46,513 bases of DNA from Bacteroidia bacterium (GTDB lineage: Bacteria > Bacteroidota > Bacteroidia > 2-12-FULL-35-15): NCBI GenBank assembly GCA_035696085.1, contig DASRRA010000072.1:1-46513 (forward strand), read 5' to 3'. The notes under the pieces are model-generated. The model was given only the letters and a program-made list of their open reading frames with translations. It was not told the origin of the DNA and searched no databases. Positions 34,223-42,657 of the stretch are shown piece by piece. How positions within the stretch are numbered: position 1 is the first letter of the stretch; each line of letters begins with the position of its first letter. The position numbers and the translations under genes were made by a program.

Positions 34223-34807
34223 ATGGTAAGAAGAATCGTTGGCTATTTTATTTATGCGCTGGGCTTTTTAACAATAACATTTTTTAAAGACTACGCAGGA
34301 ACAGTTATTCCTTATCCTTTCGTATTCTGGTTAATTGGGATTGCATGTTTCATTATAGGGTCTATATTAATTAGATCTATACCATCTGTTAAACAGCAAA
34401 AAAGCGATGAGCAGCTTCAAAAACGAATTCAAGAATTGAAAAATACAGGCGAAAGAATAACAGTGAATTTGAATGATTGTGATATTAAAGAGCATAATTA
34501 TACAGAAGAACAGGAACGAAAAAGTTCGTTTAACGACTTAGCAAGCCCAAGCTTAAAAAGAGATATTCAGGCATGGGACGCATTATTTGATTCGTCGAGA
34601 AACGTAAATAATGTAACTGTTAATCAAACAATTCTCATATATACACATCGTTCAGAAAACAAAGCAGAAAAATTTTACAGTAGTGTTATTCCCAAAGATC
34701 GAATAAGTCTTATGTTCAAATTGGATGCGCAAAAAACAACTACCCTGTACATAGACAAACAAAACCGAGAAAACTATTATTTTGATTTAGATTTTTTAAA
34801 TGATTAG
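34223..34807 (+). CDS. Hypothetical membrane protein (two N-terminal TM helices plus a soluble C-domain)
   Basis: ATG directly abuts the lpxH stop. TM segments IVGYFIYALGFLTITFF and FVFWLIGIACFIIGSILI. The C-terminal domain has no motif I recognise, though its layout recalls DUF3592. Confidence 0.55.
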   Translation: MVRRIVGYFIYALGFLTITFFKDYAGTVIPYPFVFWLIGIACFIIGSILIRSIPSVKQQKSDEQLQKRIQELKNTGERITVNLNDCDIKEHNYTEEQERKSSFNDLASPSLKRDIQAWDALFDSSRNVNNVTVNQTILIYTHRSENKAEKFYSSVIPKDRISLMFKLDAQKTTTLYIDKQNRENYYFDLDFLND

Positions 34808-34809
34808 TT

Positions 34810-35817
<1,008 letters not shown>

Positions 35818-35820
35818 TTA

Positions 35821-35828
35821 CAAAGATA
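35821..35828 (-). promoter_or_regulatory. -7 box (TATCTTTG on minus strand) for gap
   Basis: CAAAGATA on the plus strand, 15 nt upstream of the ATG at 35805 and just downstream of the lipA terminator. Confidence 0.45.
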
Positions 35829-35832
35829 TATT

Positions 35833-35866
35833 GAAAAATAAAAATGCGGTGCAATTGCACCGCATT
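35833..35866 (-). terminator. Rho-independent terminator of lipA
   Basis: Perfect palindrome AATGCGGTGCAATTGCACCGCATT, followed on the minus strand by TTTTATTTTTC. Confidence 0.7.
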
Positions 35867-35874
35867 TATTTACT

Positions 35875-35998
35875 GTGTGGGCCGTAGCTTTTGAACCTTC
35901 GTTAAAACTTCGGTTCACGAAGAGCAAAGGCTTTACTGCGTAGGCCGTAGCTTCAGCGAAGGCTTTACCGCGTAGGCCGTAGCTTCAGCGAAGGCCTA
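35875..35998. repeat. Tandem array of the 32-nt REP-like unit (two near-identical copies plus one degenerate copy)
   Basis: CTTTACTGCGTAGGCCGTAGCTTCAGCGAAGG (35931..35962) and CTTTACCGCGTAGGCCGTAGCTTCAGCGAAGG (35963..35994) differ at 1 nt. 35875..35930 holds a degenerate copy (GGCCGTAGCTTTTGAACCTTCG...). The array ends in CCTA, the TAG stop of lipA. Confidence 0.8.
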
Positions 35999-36871
35999 AA
36001 AAATATGTTTCTCCGCATGATAAGAAGACCTCACCAATGGTCCACTCTCTACAAAACGGAACCCTTTCGCTAATCCTATCTCTTTGAATTTTGCAAATTT
36101 TTCTGGTCGTACAAACTCTGCCACTGGTAAATGTTTAGGCGTTGGTTGCAGGTATTGCCCAAGTGTCAATACATCGCACCCTACCGCTCTCAAATCATCC
36201 ATAGTTTCAATTACCTCTTCTTCCGTTTCACCCAATCCAAGCATTACACCTGATTTGGTTTTTACACCGGCATCCTTAAGTCGTTTCAGCACTTCCAAAC
36301 TACGATCATACTTTGCTTGAATACGCACCTGTTTGGTTAATCTTCTCACTGTTTCCAGGTTATGCGATACAATATCCGGATTCACATCAATAATGCGCTG
36401 AAGGTTTTCCCATTTCCCTTGAAAATCTGGGATCAAGGTTTCAAATTTTGTTTGCGGGCTTACTCTGCGAATAGCATTAATCGTTTCCACCCAAATGGTA
36501 GAACCACCATCTTTTAAATCATCACGGTCAACAGAAGTAATCACACAATGTTTTACATTCATCAATCGCACTGATTCCGCTACACGTTCCGGTTCTTTTA
36601 AATCTGCCGGCAATGGTTTTCCTGTTGCAACAGCACAAAACCCGCAGGAGCGTGTACAAATATTACCCAATATCATAAAAGTAGCTGTACCGGCTCCCCA
36701 ACACTCGCCCATATTCGGGCAATTACCACTTTCACATATTGTATGAAGTTTATGAGTAGAAACAATCTGGCGTACCTGAGCATACTCTTTTCCTGTCGGA
36801 AGTTTTACTCTTAGCCAATCTGGTTTACGTTTAAATTTTTGCTCTTCTGCAACTGCTGTAATTTCTGACAT
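35996..36871 (-). CDS. lipA: Lipoyl synthase
   Basis: Cysteine clusters [12 protein letters not shown] and [10 protein letters not shown] (radical SAM). Size 291 aa. Confidence 0.95.
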   Translation of the reverse strand: MSEITAVAEEQKFKRKPDWLRVKLPTGKEYAQVRQIVSTHKLHTICESGNCPNMGECWGAGTATFMILGNICTRSCGFCAVATGKPLPADLKEPERVAESVRLMNVKHCVITSVDRDDLKDGGSTIWVETINAIRRVSPQTKFETLIPDFQGKWENLQRIIDVNPDIVSHNLETVRRLTKQVRIQAKYDRSLEVLKRLKDAGVKTKSGVMLGLGETEEEVIETMDDLRAVGCDVLTLGQYLQPTPKHLPVAEFVRPEKFAKFKEIGLAKGFRFVESGPLVRSSYHAEKHIF

Positions 36872-36889
36872 AATTCTTCAAAAAATTTA

Positions 36890-37699
36890 TTAAAACCATT
36901 TTTTACCCCAAATCATTTTCAGATATAAGGATACAAATACTTGTTGATTTTTATTAAAAGCCATGATGGGAATAACGCGTGGATAAACATCTAACGTGGC
37001 ACCTGTTTCAATTGCTTTCAGGCCGTTGTAACGATCGGCATACTCAAAACTCAATGCAAACTTTGCATATCCTCCCGGATAAATAGTCGTTTTTTCAATT
37101 CCTTTAAAAAAGGGTGCCTTCCCAAATATCTCGTCAATAGAGTGTTTTTGAGGGTCGTAACGTTCAACAGAAATAGGTCCGTCAGCAGTACCATCCAAAT
37201 CCCTAACTTCCAGGTAAACGGGTTTTGCAAATGCCAATGCTGCACCTATAAAATAAGAATAGCGGATTTCTACACTCTTCTTATCGGATTTTTGATACAA
37301 GATATTTTGAATGCCAAGTCCTGGACGAATGATTAACAGGGAGTTTAATTTACCGTACACAAATCCTTTTGCATCTTCAAAATAAGGATTGATACTTTTT
37401 ATTTCTTTAGGATGTTTAAAATTCTGCGTTTCGATCTCATACATGTGTTTGCGTTTCGCTGTAATGTGCTTCCCACGCCTGTATGCTATTCCGATTCCGG
37501 CAGCGCTATGTATAAAAGCTCCAAAAGAGGCTTCATTTCTATACAACACATTTAAATCTTCACCATTTTTCAAACGGGTCAAATCATCTTTCAACTCCGG
37601 TTTCGGTTGCTCCACAGGTGTAACAACTTGCGGCTCCTGAGCAAATCCCTGAAATCCAATAATGGAAACAAATAAAAAAGTTAGAAATTTTCTAATCAT
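36890..37699 (-). CDS. Exported hypothetical protein, probable outer-membrane beta-barrel
   Basis: Signal peptide MIRKFLTFLFVSIIGFQGFAQ (start set at 37699). C-terminal ...MIWGKKWF. Its stop lies 18 nt upstream of the lipA start, so the two are probably co-transcribed. Confidence 0.6.
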   Translation of the reverse strand: MIRKFLTFLFVSIIGFQGFAQEPQVVTPVEQPKPELKDDLTRLKNGEDLNVLYRNEASFGAFIHSAAGIGIAYRRGKHITAKRKHMYEIETQNFKHPKEIKSINPYFEDAKGFVYGKLNSLLIIRPGLGIQNILYQKSDKKSVEIRYSYFIGAALAFAKPVYLEVRDLDGTADGPISVERYDPQKHSIDEIFGKAPFFKGIEKTTIYPGGYAKFALSFEYADRYNGLKAIETGATLDVYPRVIPIMAFNKNQQVFVSLYLKMIWGKKWF

Positions 37700-37729
37700 T
37701 ACATTACTTTTGTTGAACAAATGGTGATA

Positions 37730-37737
37730 CAAATATA
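37730..37737 (-). promoter_or_regulatory. -7 box (TATATTTG on minus strand) for the 37699 gene and lipA
   Basis: CAAATATA on the plus strand, 30 nt upstream of the ATG at 37699. Confidence 0.4.
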
Positions 37738-37763
37738 CTTAATTTACATTAATCCTATTCGAA

Positions 37764-38168
37764 ATGAAAACATCAAAAATCGTTTATACGGGCAACCTTA
37801 GGACCGAAGCTACGCACCTCCGTTCCGGCCAAAAAATCATTACGGATGCGCCGGTGGATAACAACGGTAAAGGCGAGGCGTTCTCTCCTTCCGATTTATT
37901 AGCCACTTCATTAGGTTGTTGTATGGTAACGATTATGGGGATTGTTGCGAATAACAACAATATCAATATTGAAGGGACCAGCATAGAAATCACTAAAATC
38001 ATGGAATCCAATCCTAGAAGGGTATCCGAAGTGATTATAGAGTTTAAAATGAACGGTACGAACTACTCGGATAAAGAAAAGAAACTATTGGAAAATGCCG
38101 CTCGTACCTGTCCGGTAGCCATGAGTTTAAGTGCAGAACTAAAACAAACCGTAATTTTTAATTACTAA
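37764..38168 (+). CDS. OsmC/Ohr-family peroxiredoxin-like protein
   Basis: 134 aa. The two conserved Cys contexts are present (LATSLGCCMV and ARTCPVAMSL). Confidence 0.8.
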   Translation: MKTSKIVYTGNLRTEATHLRSGQKIITDAPVDNNGKGEAFSPSDLLATSLGCCMVTIMGIVANNNNINIEGTSIEITKIMESNPRRVSEVIIEFKMNGTNYSDKEKKLLENAARTCPVAMSLSAELKQTVIFNY

Positions 38169-38502
38169 CCGCCTCTTCGATTTCAGCAGCAGTAATTCCT
38201 GAATGAGACGCATTGTAAATGCATCTTCCATTTTTTATAATTAAAACTTGAGGAGATTCGTGTGCTATTTGATATCTGTCAGCTATTTGCTGGGATACGG
38301 AGCGATAATCGAGTAGATCAATAAGGTAACTTGGAAGATCGTCAGATGGTAATAAATTACGATCTAACCTGTTCAAAGCCATGGAGCTGATTGAGCAACG
38401 CGTACTATGCTTAAATAATAGAACTCCCTTCAAAGGAGGTTCGAATGAAAGCTTATCTATTTCCTCCAACTGTTGTTCAGTCGTAAGAGATAACCAATTC
38501 AT
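38158..38502 (-). CDS. ytxJ: YtxJ-type monothiol thioredoxin-like protein (bacillithiol-system redox protein, DUF2847)
   Basis: 114 aa. The single-Cys active-site context KHSTRCSISS corresponds to the T-C-P/S-I-S motif, followed by ESPQVLIIKNG. Overlaps the convergent osmC-like gene by 11 nt. Confidence 0.75.
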   Translation of the reverse strand: MNWLSLTTEQQLEEIDKLSFEPPLKGVLLFKHSTRCSISSMALNRLDRNLLPSDDLPSYLIDLLDYRSVSQQIADRYQIAHESPQVLIIKNGRCIYNASHSGITAAEIEEAVSN

Positions 38503-38503
38503 A

Positions 38504-38638
38504 TTAAATGGATCTCTCCGTTTTGTCTATCTTTGGTTTATCAGCTTTTGAATATGCCTGACAATGAGCTGCTGGCTTGCAAGAAAACAAGATAGAGCTA
38601 AAAAAAACTGCTGTGGAAACGATAATGATTTTTTTCAT
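38504..38638 (-). CDS. Mini-lipoprotein, 44 aa (absent from the ORF track, which lists nothing shorter than 60 aa)
   Basis: Hand translation gives MKKIIIVSTAVFFSSILFSCKPAAHCQAYSKADKPKIDKTERSI*. Lipobox LFSC. The TAA stop is 1 nt from the ytxJ ATG. Paralogous to 38663..38815. Confidence 0.5.
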   Translation of the reverse strand: MKKIIIVSTAVFFSSILFSCKPAAHCQAYSKADKPKIDKTERSI

Positions 38639-38662
38639 TTTTAATTAAGCGTTAAATAAATA

Positions 38663-38815
38663 CTAAATGGATTTGTCTTGTATACGCAAAAAATCCTTTT
38701 CAGTTTTTATTTTGTTTATTTTTGTGTAAGCGGCGCAATGGTCATGGGTTTTACATGAAGATATCATGTTACTTAGAACAAAAAAGGACAATGTGAACAG
38801 GACTATCTTTTTCAT
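38663..38815 (-). CDS. Mini-lipoprotein, 50 aa, paralog of 38504..38638
   Basis: Hand translation gives MKKIVLFTLSFFVLSNMISSCKTHDHCAAYTKINKIKTEKDFLRIQDKSI*. Shares the CK-x3-HC-x-AY-x-K core and the (K/R)SI C-terminus with the downstream ORF. Confidence 0.5.
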   Translation of the reverse strand: MKKIVLFTLSFFVLSNMISSCKTHDHCAAYTKINKIKTEKDFLRIQDKSI

Positions 38816-38846
38816 GGAAAATCGTGATAAAAACCGTTTATATATA

Positions 38847-38854
38847 CAAAAATA
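38847..38854 (-). promoter_or_regulatory. -7 box (TATTTTTG on minus strand) for the mini-lipoprotein/ytxJ transcription unit
   Basis: CAAAAATA on the plus strand, 31 nt upstream of the ATG at 38815. Confidence 0.4.
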
Positions 38855-38953
38855 TATTATTTCCCGATGTATACAAAGGATTAGACGATTATTTTTTGAA
38901 CAGCAAATAATAAAGATTCGTCGGCAAAAAACTTAACATTTAAATAACAAATA

Positions 38954-39634
38954 ATGGAAGCAGCACCCGCTATCGCAATAGAAGAAACATGGAAGAAAGA
39001 ATTATGGGACGACTTTCAAGCCCCCTATTTCCAACAATTAAAATCATTTTTGGTCCAGGAACGTGAAAAATATACCATTTTCCCTCCCGGTAAATTGATT
39101 TTCGCTGCTTTTAATAATACACCCTTTGAGAAGGTGAAAGTTGTTATTATCGGTCAGGATCCCTACCATGGGAGAGGACAAGCAAACGGACTTTGTTTCT
39201 CTGTCGGACCCAATGTACCCAAACCCCCGTCCCTGGTCAATATATTTAAAGAATTACAAACGGATCTTGGTTTTCCAATTCCCGAAAAAGGAGGACTCGA
39301 AAAATGGGCGCAACAAGGTGTGCTTCTACTAAACGCAACGTTGACCGTTCGTGAAGGACAAGCTGGTTCTCATCAAGGCAAAGGGTGGGAACAATTTACA
39401 GATGATGTCATCAAAAAAATTTCCAATAAAAGAAAAAACATTGTCTTTTTATTATGGGGCCGTTTTGCACATACAAAAGAAGAACTCATTGATGCTAATA
39501 AACATTTTATTCTGAAAGCTGCTCATCCTTCACCTTTAGCCAGAGGTGCTTTTTTTGGTTGTAAACACTTTTCGAAAACCAATAAGATTCTTGAACAACA
39601 CGGTATTCAACCCATTGATTGGAGAATTGATTAA
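38954..39634 (+). CDS. ung: Uracil-DNA glycosylase (family 1)
   Basis: Motifs GQDPYHG, LLLNATLTV and HPSPLA. Confidence 0.93.
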   Translation: MEAAPAIAIEETWKKELWDDFQAPYFQQLKSFLVQEREKYTIFPPGKLIFAAFNNTPFEKVKVVIIGQDPYHGRGQANGLCFSVGPNVPKPPSLVNIFKELQTDLGFPIPEKGGLEKWAQQGVLLLNATLTVREGQAGSHQGKGWEQFTDDVIKKISNKRKNIVFLLWGRFAHTKEELIDANKHFILKAAHPSPLARGAFFGCKHFSKTNKILEQHGIQPIDWRID

Positions 39635-39767
39635 ACGCTGTTTATCTTGTTATCATGGATGAGTCGCCATTACTGGGGGAATAATTTTTGCAATGCATTA
39701 AACCATCTTTTTTAACAGATGTCCCTTTTTAAAAAATGCGTGTACTAACCCCTATACTTTTAAAATT

Positions 39768-42581
39768 TTGAAAAAATATATTTTTGCTTTTACCCTTAGC
39801 ATCATCTTCTCTTCTATTTTTGCTCAAAATGCTATTATTACAGGTATTTTAAAGGATTCAAAAGATAATTCCCCACTTATTGGCGCGAGCGCCATGTTAC
39901 TTCGCACAAACGATTCCTCTTTGTATAAAGGCAATACCACTGATCTGGATGGTGTATTCTTCATCAATGAAATTATAAAAGGTACCTATATTTTTAAAGT
40001 TACCTATTTAGGGTATACCGATTACTTCCAACAAATTAATGTTACCACTGATACACTAAATCTTCGTACCATACGCTTACTGCCTTCCAGCCAGCAATTG
40101 AAAGACGTAGTGGTGAGTACGACTGCTCCAACTGCTGTTCAGAAAGGCGATACTACCCAATACAATGCGAACAGCTATAAGACGAATCCGGACGCAAATG
40201 CAGAAGATCTGGTTACAAAAATGGCCGGAATTTCCTCTGAAAATGGTACTGTTAAAGCACACGGGGAAGATGTGAAAAAAGTGTTGGTGGATGGAAAACC
40301 ATTTTTTGGAGATGATGTCAATGCCGTATTAAAAAATCTGCCTGCGGATGTGATCGATAAAATTCAAGTGTTTGATCAGTTAAGTGAGCAATCTCAATTC
40401 ACCGGCGTTAACGATGGAAACACAACAAAAACCATCAACATCGTCACCAAACCCGGAATGAAAAACGGTACTTTCGGAAGGGTAATGGGCGCTTACGGAT
40501 ACAAGGATGTGTATAAGCTTGGAGGCAATATCAATTTTTTTAATGGCAACCAACGTATCTCCATCGTTGGACTTTCCAACAATATTAACGAACAAAATTT
40601 TTCTGCAGAGGATTTGACAGGTGTAGCAAGTTCTTCTTCTAATCAGCGGGGTGGAAATCGTGGTGGTGGCGGCCAAGTAGGACCTGGCGGAGGAGGTGGT
40701 GGTAATGCTAACAATTTTTTAGTCAATGATAAAAATGGAATCTCCACGACACATTCATTGGGTATTAATTATACAGACAAGTGGGGGAAAAATATAGACG
40801 TCAGCGGAAGTTATTTCTTTAACAATGGTATTAACAAAACAATTCAATCTGTACATCGAGATTATGTACTTGCCAGCGATTCGGGTCAAGTATACGATGA
40901 AAATAGTACTGCAAAAACCAATAATATGAATCACCGTTTCAACCTGAGAATGGAATGGAAAATTGATAGCAACAATTCTGTTCTGTTCGTTCCTAAACTT
41001 TCGGTACAGGAAAACAATTCCAATAGCTTTTTAAACGGAACGACCATGACTGGCTTACGATTACAATCAAACACCAGCAACACCAACAGATCCCAAACAA
41101 GTGCCTACAACTTTTCAGATGATTTAATGTTCCGGCACCGCTTTAACAAAAAAGGCAGAACGTTTTCAGCGACACTTTCTACCGGTATGAATGCCTCTGA
41201 CAATCAAAATAATTTATATGCCTCAAACGCTTATTATGTAAAAGACTTAGCCGTCACCAATACTCTGGATCAACAAAGCAACACAAATAAAGACGGAAAA
41301 ACCATTGGTGGTAATTTCATTTATACGGAACCCATCGGCGAAAAAAGTATTGTTACAGTAAATTATACCAACACTTTCCAATTTAATAACAGCGATAAAA
41401 AAACCTACAATTATATAGTTGCTGATGAACGCTATTCTAGTTTAGATACCGCCCTATCCAATCAATTTGACAATGATTATGTAACACACAAAGGTGGTGT
41501 GGGTTATCGTTACAACACAAAGAAAATTCAGTTAATGGGGAGCGTAAACTACCAACGCTCCATTTTAAATAGTGACCAGGTTTATCCCTATCAGTTTAAG
41601 TTAACCAAGCAATTTGAAAACATATTGCCTTCGGCTATGCTTCGGTATTCATTCAATACAAAAAGTAATATCCGCATCTTTTACAGAACACAAACCAATG
41701 CACCAAGCATTTCGCAATTGCAAAATGTTTTAAATAATAGCAACCCACTGCAATTAAGCATTGGTAATCCTAATTTAAAGCAAAGCTATGATAACAGTTT
41801 ATTCATTCGCTATTCATTAACCAGCACCGAAAAATCAAGTGCCTTCTTCCTGATGTTATCAGGGAATTATACTAAGGATTACATTACCAACAGTACCTTT
41901 ATTGCAAGCAAAGATACCATCTTAAATGGTGTTCCCTTATTAACCGGTACACAATTGACCAGTCCTGTCAACCTGAACGGATATAGCAACATCAGAGGAT
42001 TCGTTTCCTATGGGTTTCCTGTAAAACAAATTAAATCCATTGTGAATTTAACTGCAGGAGGTACGCTCACTGAAACACCGGGGTTGGTAAACAACCGCTT
42101 GAACCATTCCAATTCTCAAAACTACAGTCTTACGTTTAGCATCAACAGCAACGTGAGCAAAAATGTAGATTTTACCATTTCTTCCAATTCAAGTTATACA
42201 AACACCTTGAACTCTTTAAACGCTCAATTGAATAGCAGTTACTTCAATCAAAACAGCCGTATAAAAATGAATTTAATTCTTGTGAACAGCATTGTGCTGA
42301 ACACGGAGTTGAATCATCAGTACTATGAAGGGCTAACAGCGGGCTATAATCCCAGCTTTTTATTATGGAACGCTGGCTTAGCTTATAAATTCCTCAAAAA
42401 TAAACAAGCGGAACTCCGATTCTCTGTTTTTGATATTCTTGGTCAAAACCAGAGTGTTTCAAGAAATATTACAGAGGTATACATTGAAGATACGCAATCG
42501 AATTTATTGCAGCGCTATTTCATGCTAACCTTCACCTATAATATTAAGGTGTTTAAAGTGAAGTCGGAAGGAGATAATTAA
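39768..42581 (+). CDS. Large outer-membrane beta-barrel protein with N-terminal CarboxypepD_reg-like and plug-like domains (TonB-dependent-receptor-like)
   Basis: Signal peptide MKKYIFAFTLSIIFSSIFAQ with a TTG start. ITGILKDSKDNSPLIGASAML (carboxypeptidase regulatory-like). Plug-like segment DLVTKMAGIS...VLVDGKPF. Long strand-rich barrel ending FTYNIKVF plus a short tail. Confidence 0.7.
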   Translation: MKKYIFAFTLSIIFSSIFAQNAIITGILKDSKDNSPLIGASAMLLRTNDSSLYKGNTTDLDGVFFINEIIKGTYIFKVTYLGYTDYFQQINVTTDTLNLRTIRLLPSSQQLKDVVVSTTAPTAVQKGDTTQYNANSYKTNPDANAEDLVTKMAGISSENGTVKAHGEDVKKVLVDGKPFFGDDVNAVLKNLPADVIDKIQVFDQLSEQSQFTGVNDGNTTKTINIVTKPGMKNGTFGRVMGAYGYKDVYKLGGNINFFNGNQRISIVGLSNNINEQNFSAEDLTGVASSSSNQRGGNRGGGGQVGPGGGGGGNANNFLVNDKNGISTTHSLGINYTDKWGKNIDVSGSYFFNNGINKTIQSVHRDYVLASDSGQVYDENSTAKTNNMNHRFNLRMEWKIDSNNSVLFVPKLSVQENNSNSFLNGTTMTGLRLQSNTSNTNRSQTSAYNFSDDLMFRHRFNKKGRTFSATLSTGMNASDNQNNLYASNAYYVKDLAVTNTLDQQSNTNKDGKTIGGNFIYTEPIGEKSIVTVNYTNTFQFNNSDKKTYNYIVADERYSSLDTALSNQFDNDYVTHKGGVGYRYNTKKIQLMGSVNYQRSILNSDQVYPYQFKLTKQFENILPSAMLRYSFNTKSNIRIFYRTQTNAPSISQLQNVLNNSNPLQLSIGNPNLKQSYDNSLFIRYSLTSTEKSSAFFLMLSGNYTKDYITNSTFIASKDTILNGVPLLTGTQLTSPVNLNGYSNIRGFVSYGFPVKQIKSIVNLTAGGTLTETPGLVNNRLNHSNSQNYSLTFSINSNVSKNVDFTISSNSSYTNTLNSLNAQLNSSYFNQNSRIKMNLILVNSIVLNTELNHQYYEGLTAGYNPSFLLWNAGLAYKFLKNKQAELRFSVFDILGQNQSVSRNITEVYIEDTQSNLLQRYFMLTFTYNIKVFKVKSEGDN

Positions 42582-42590
42582 TATGTAATT

Positions 42591-42634
42591 TAATATGTAA
42601 TGAAGTAAACCTGAGCTTAACTTCATTCATATTA
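42591..42634. terminator. AT-rich hairpin between the convergent OMP and alaS genes
   Basis: TAATATGTAATGAAGT-(13 nt)-ACTTCATTCATATTA, with one bulge. It is the only secondary-structure candidate in the 76-nt convergent spacer. Confidence 0.35.
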
Positions 42635-42657
42635 AATATTAAATATTACATCTTTAT

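Noticed and set aside
40631-40710. Reiterated GGT/GGA codons as a possible tandem DNA repeat or CRISPR-like array
   Set aside because: There is no fixed-length repeat/spacer periodicity. The reiteration is in frame within a continuous 937-aa ORF and simply encodes a Gly-rich linker.
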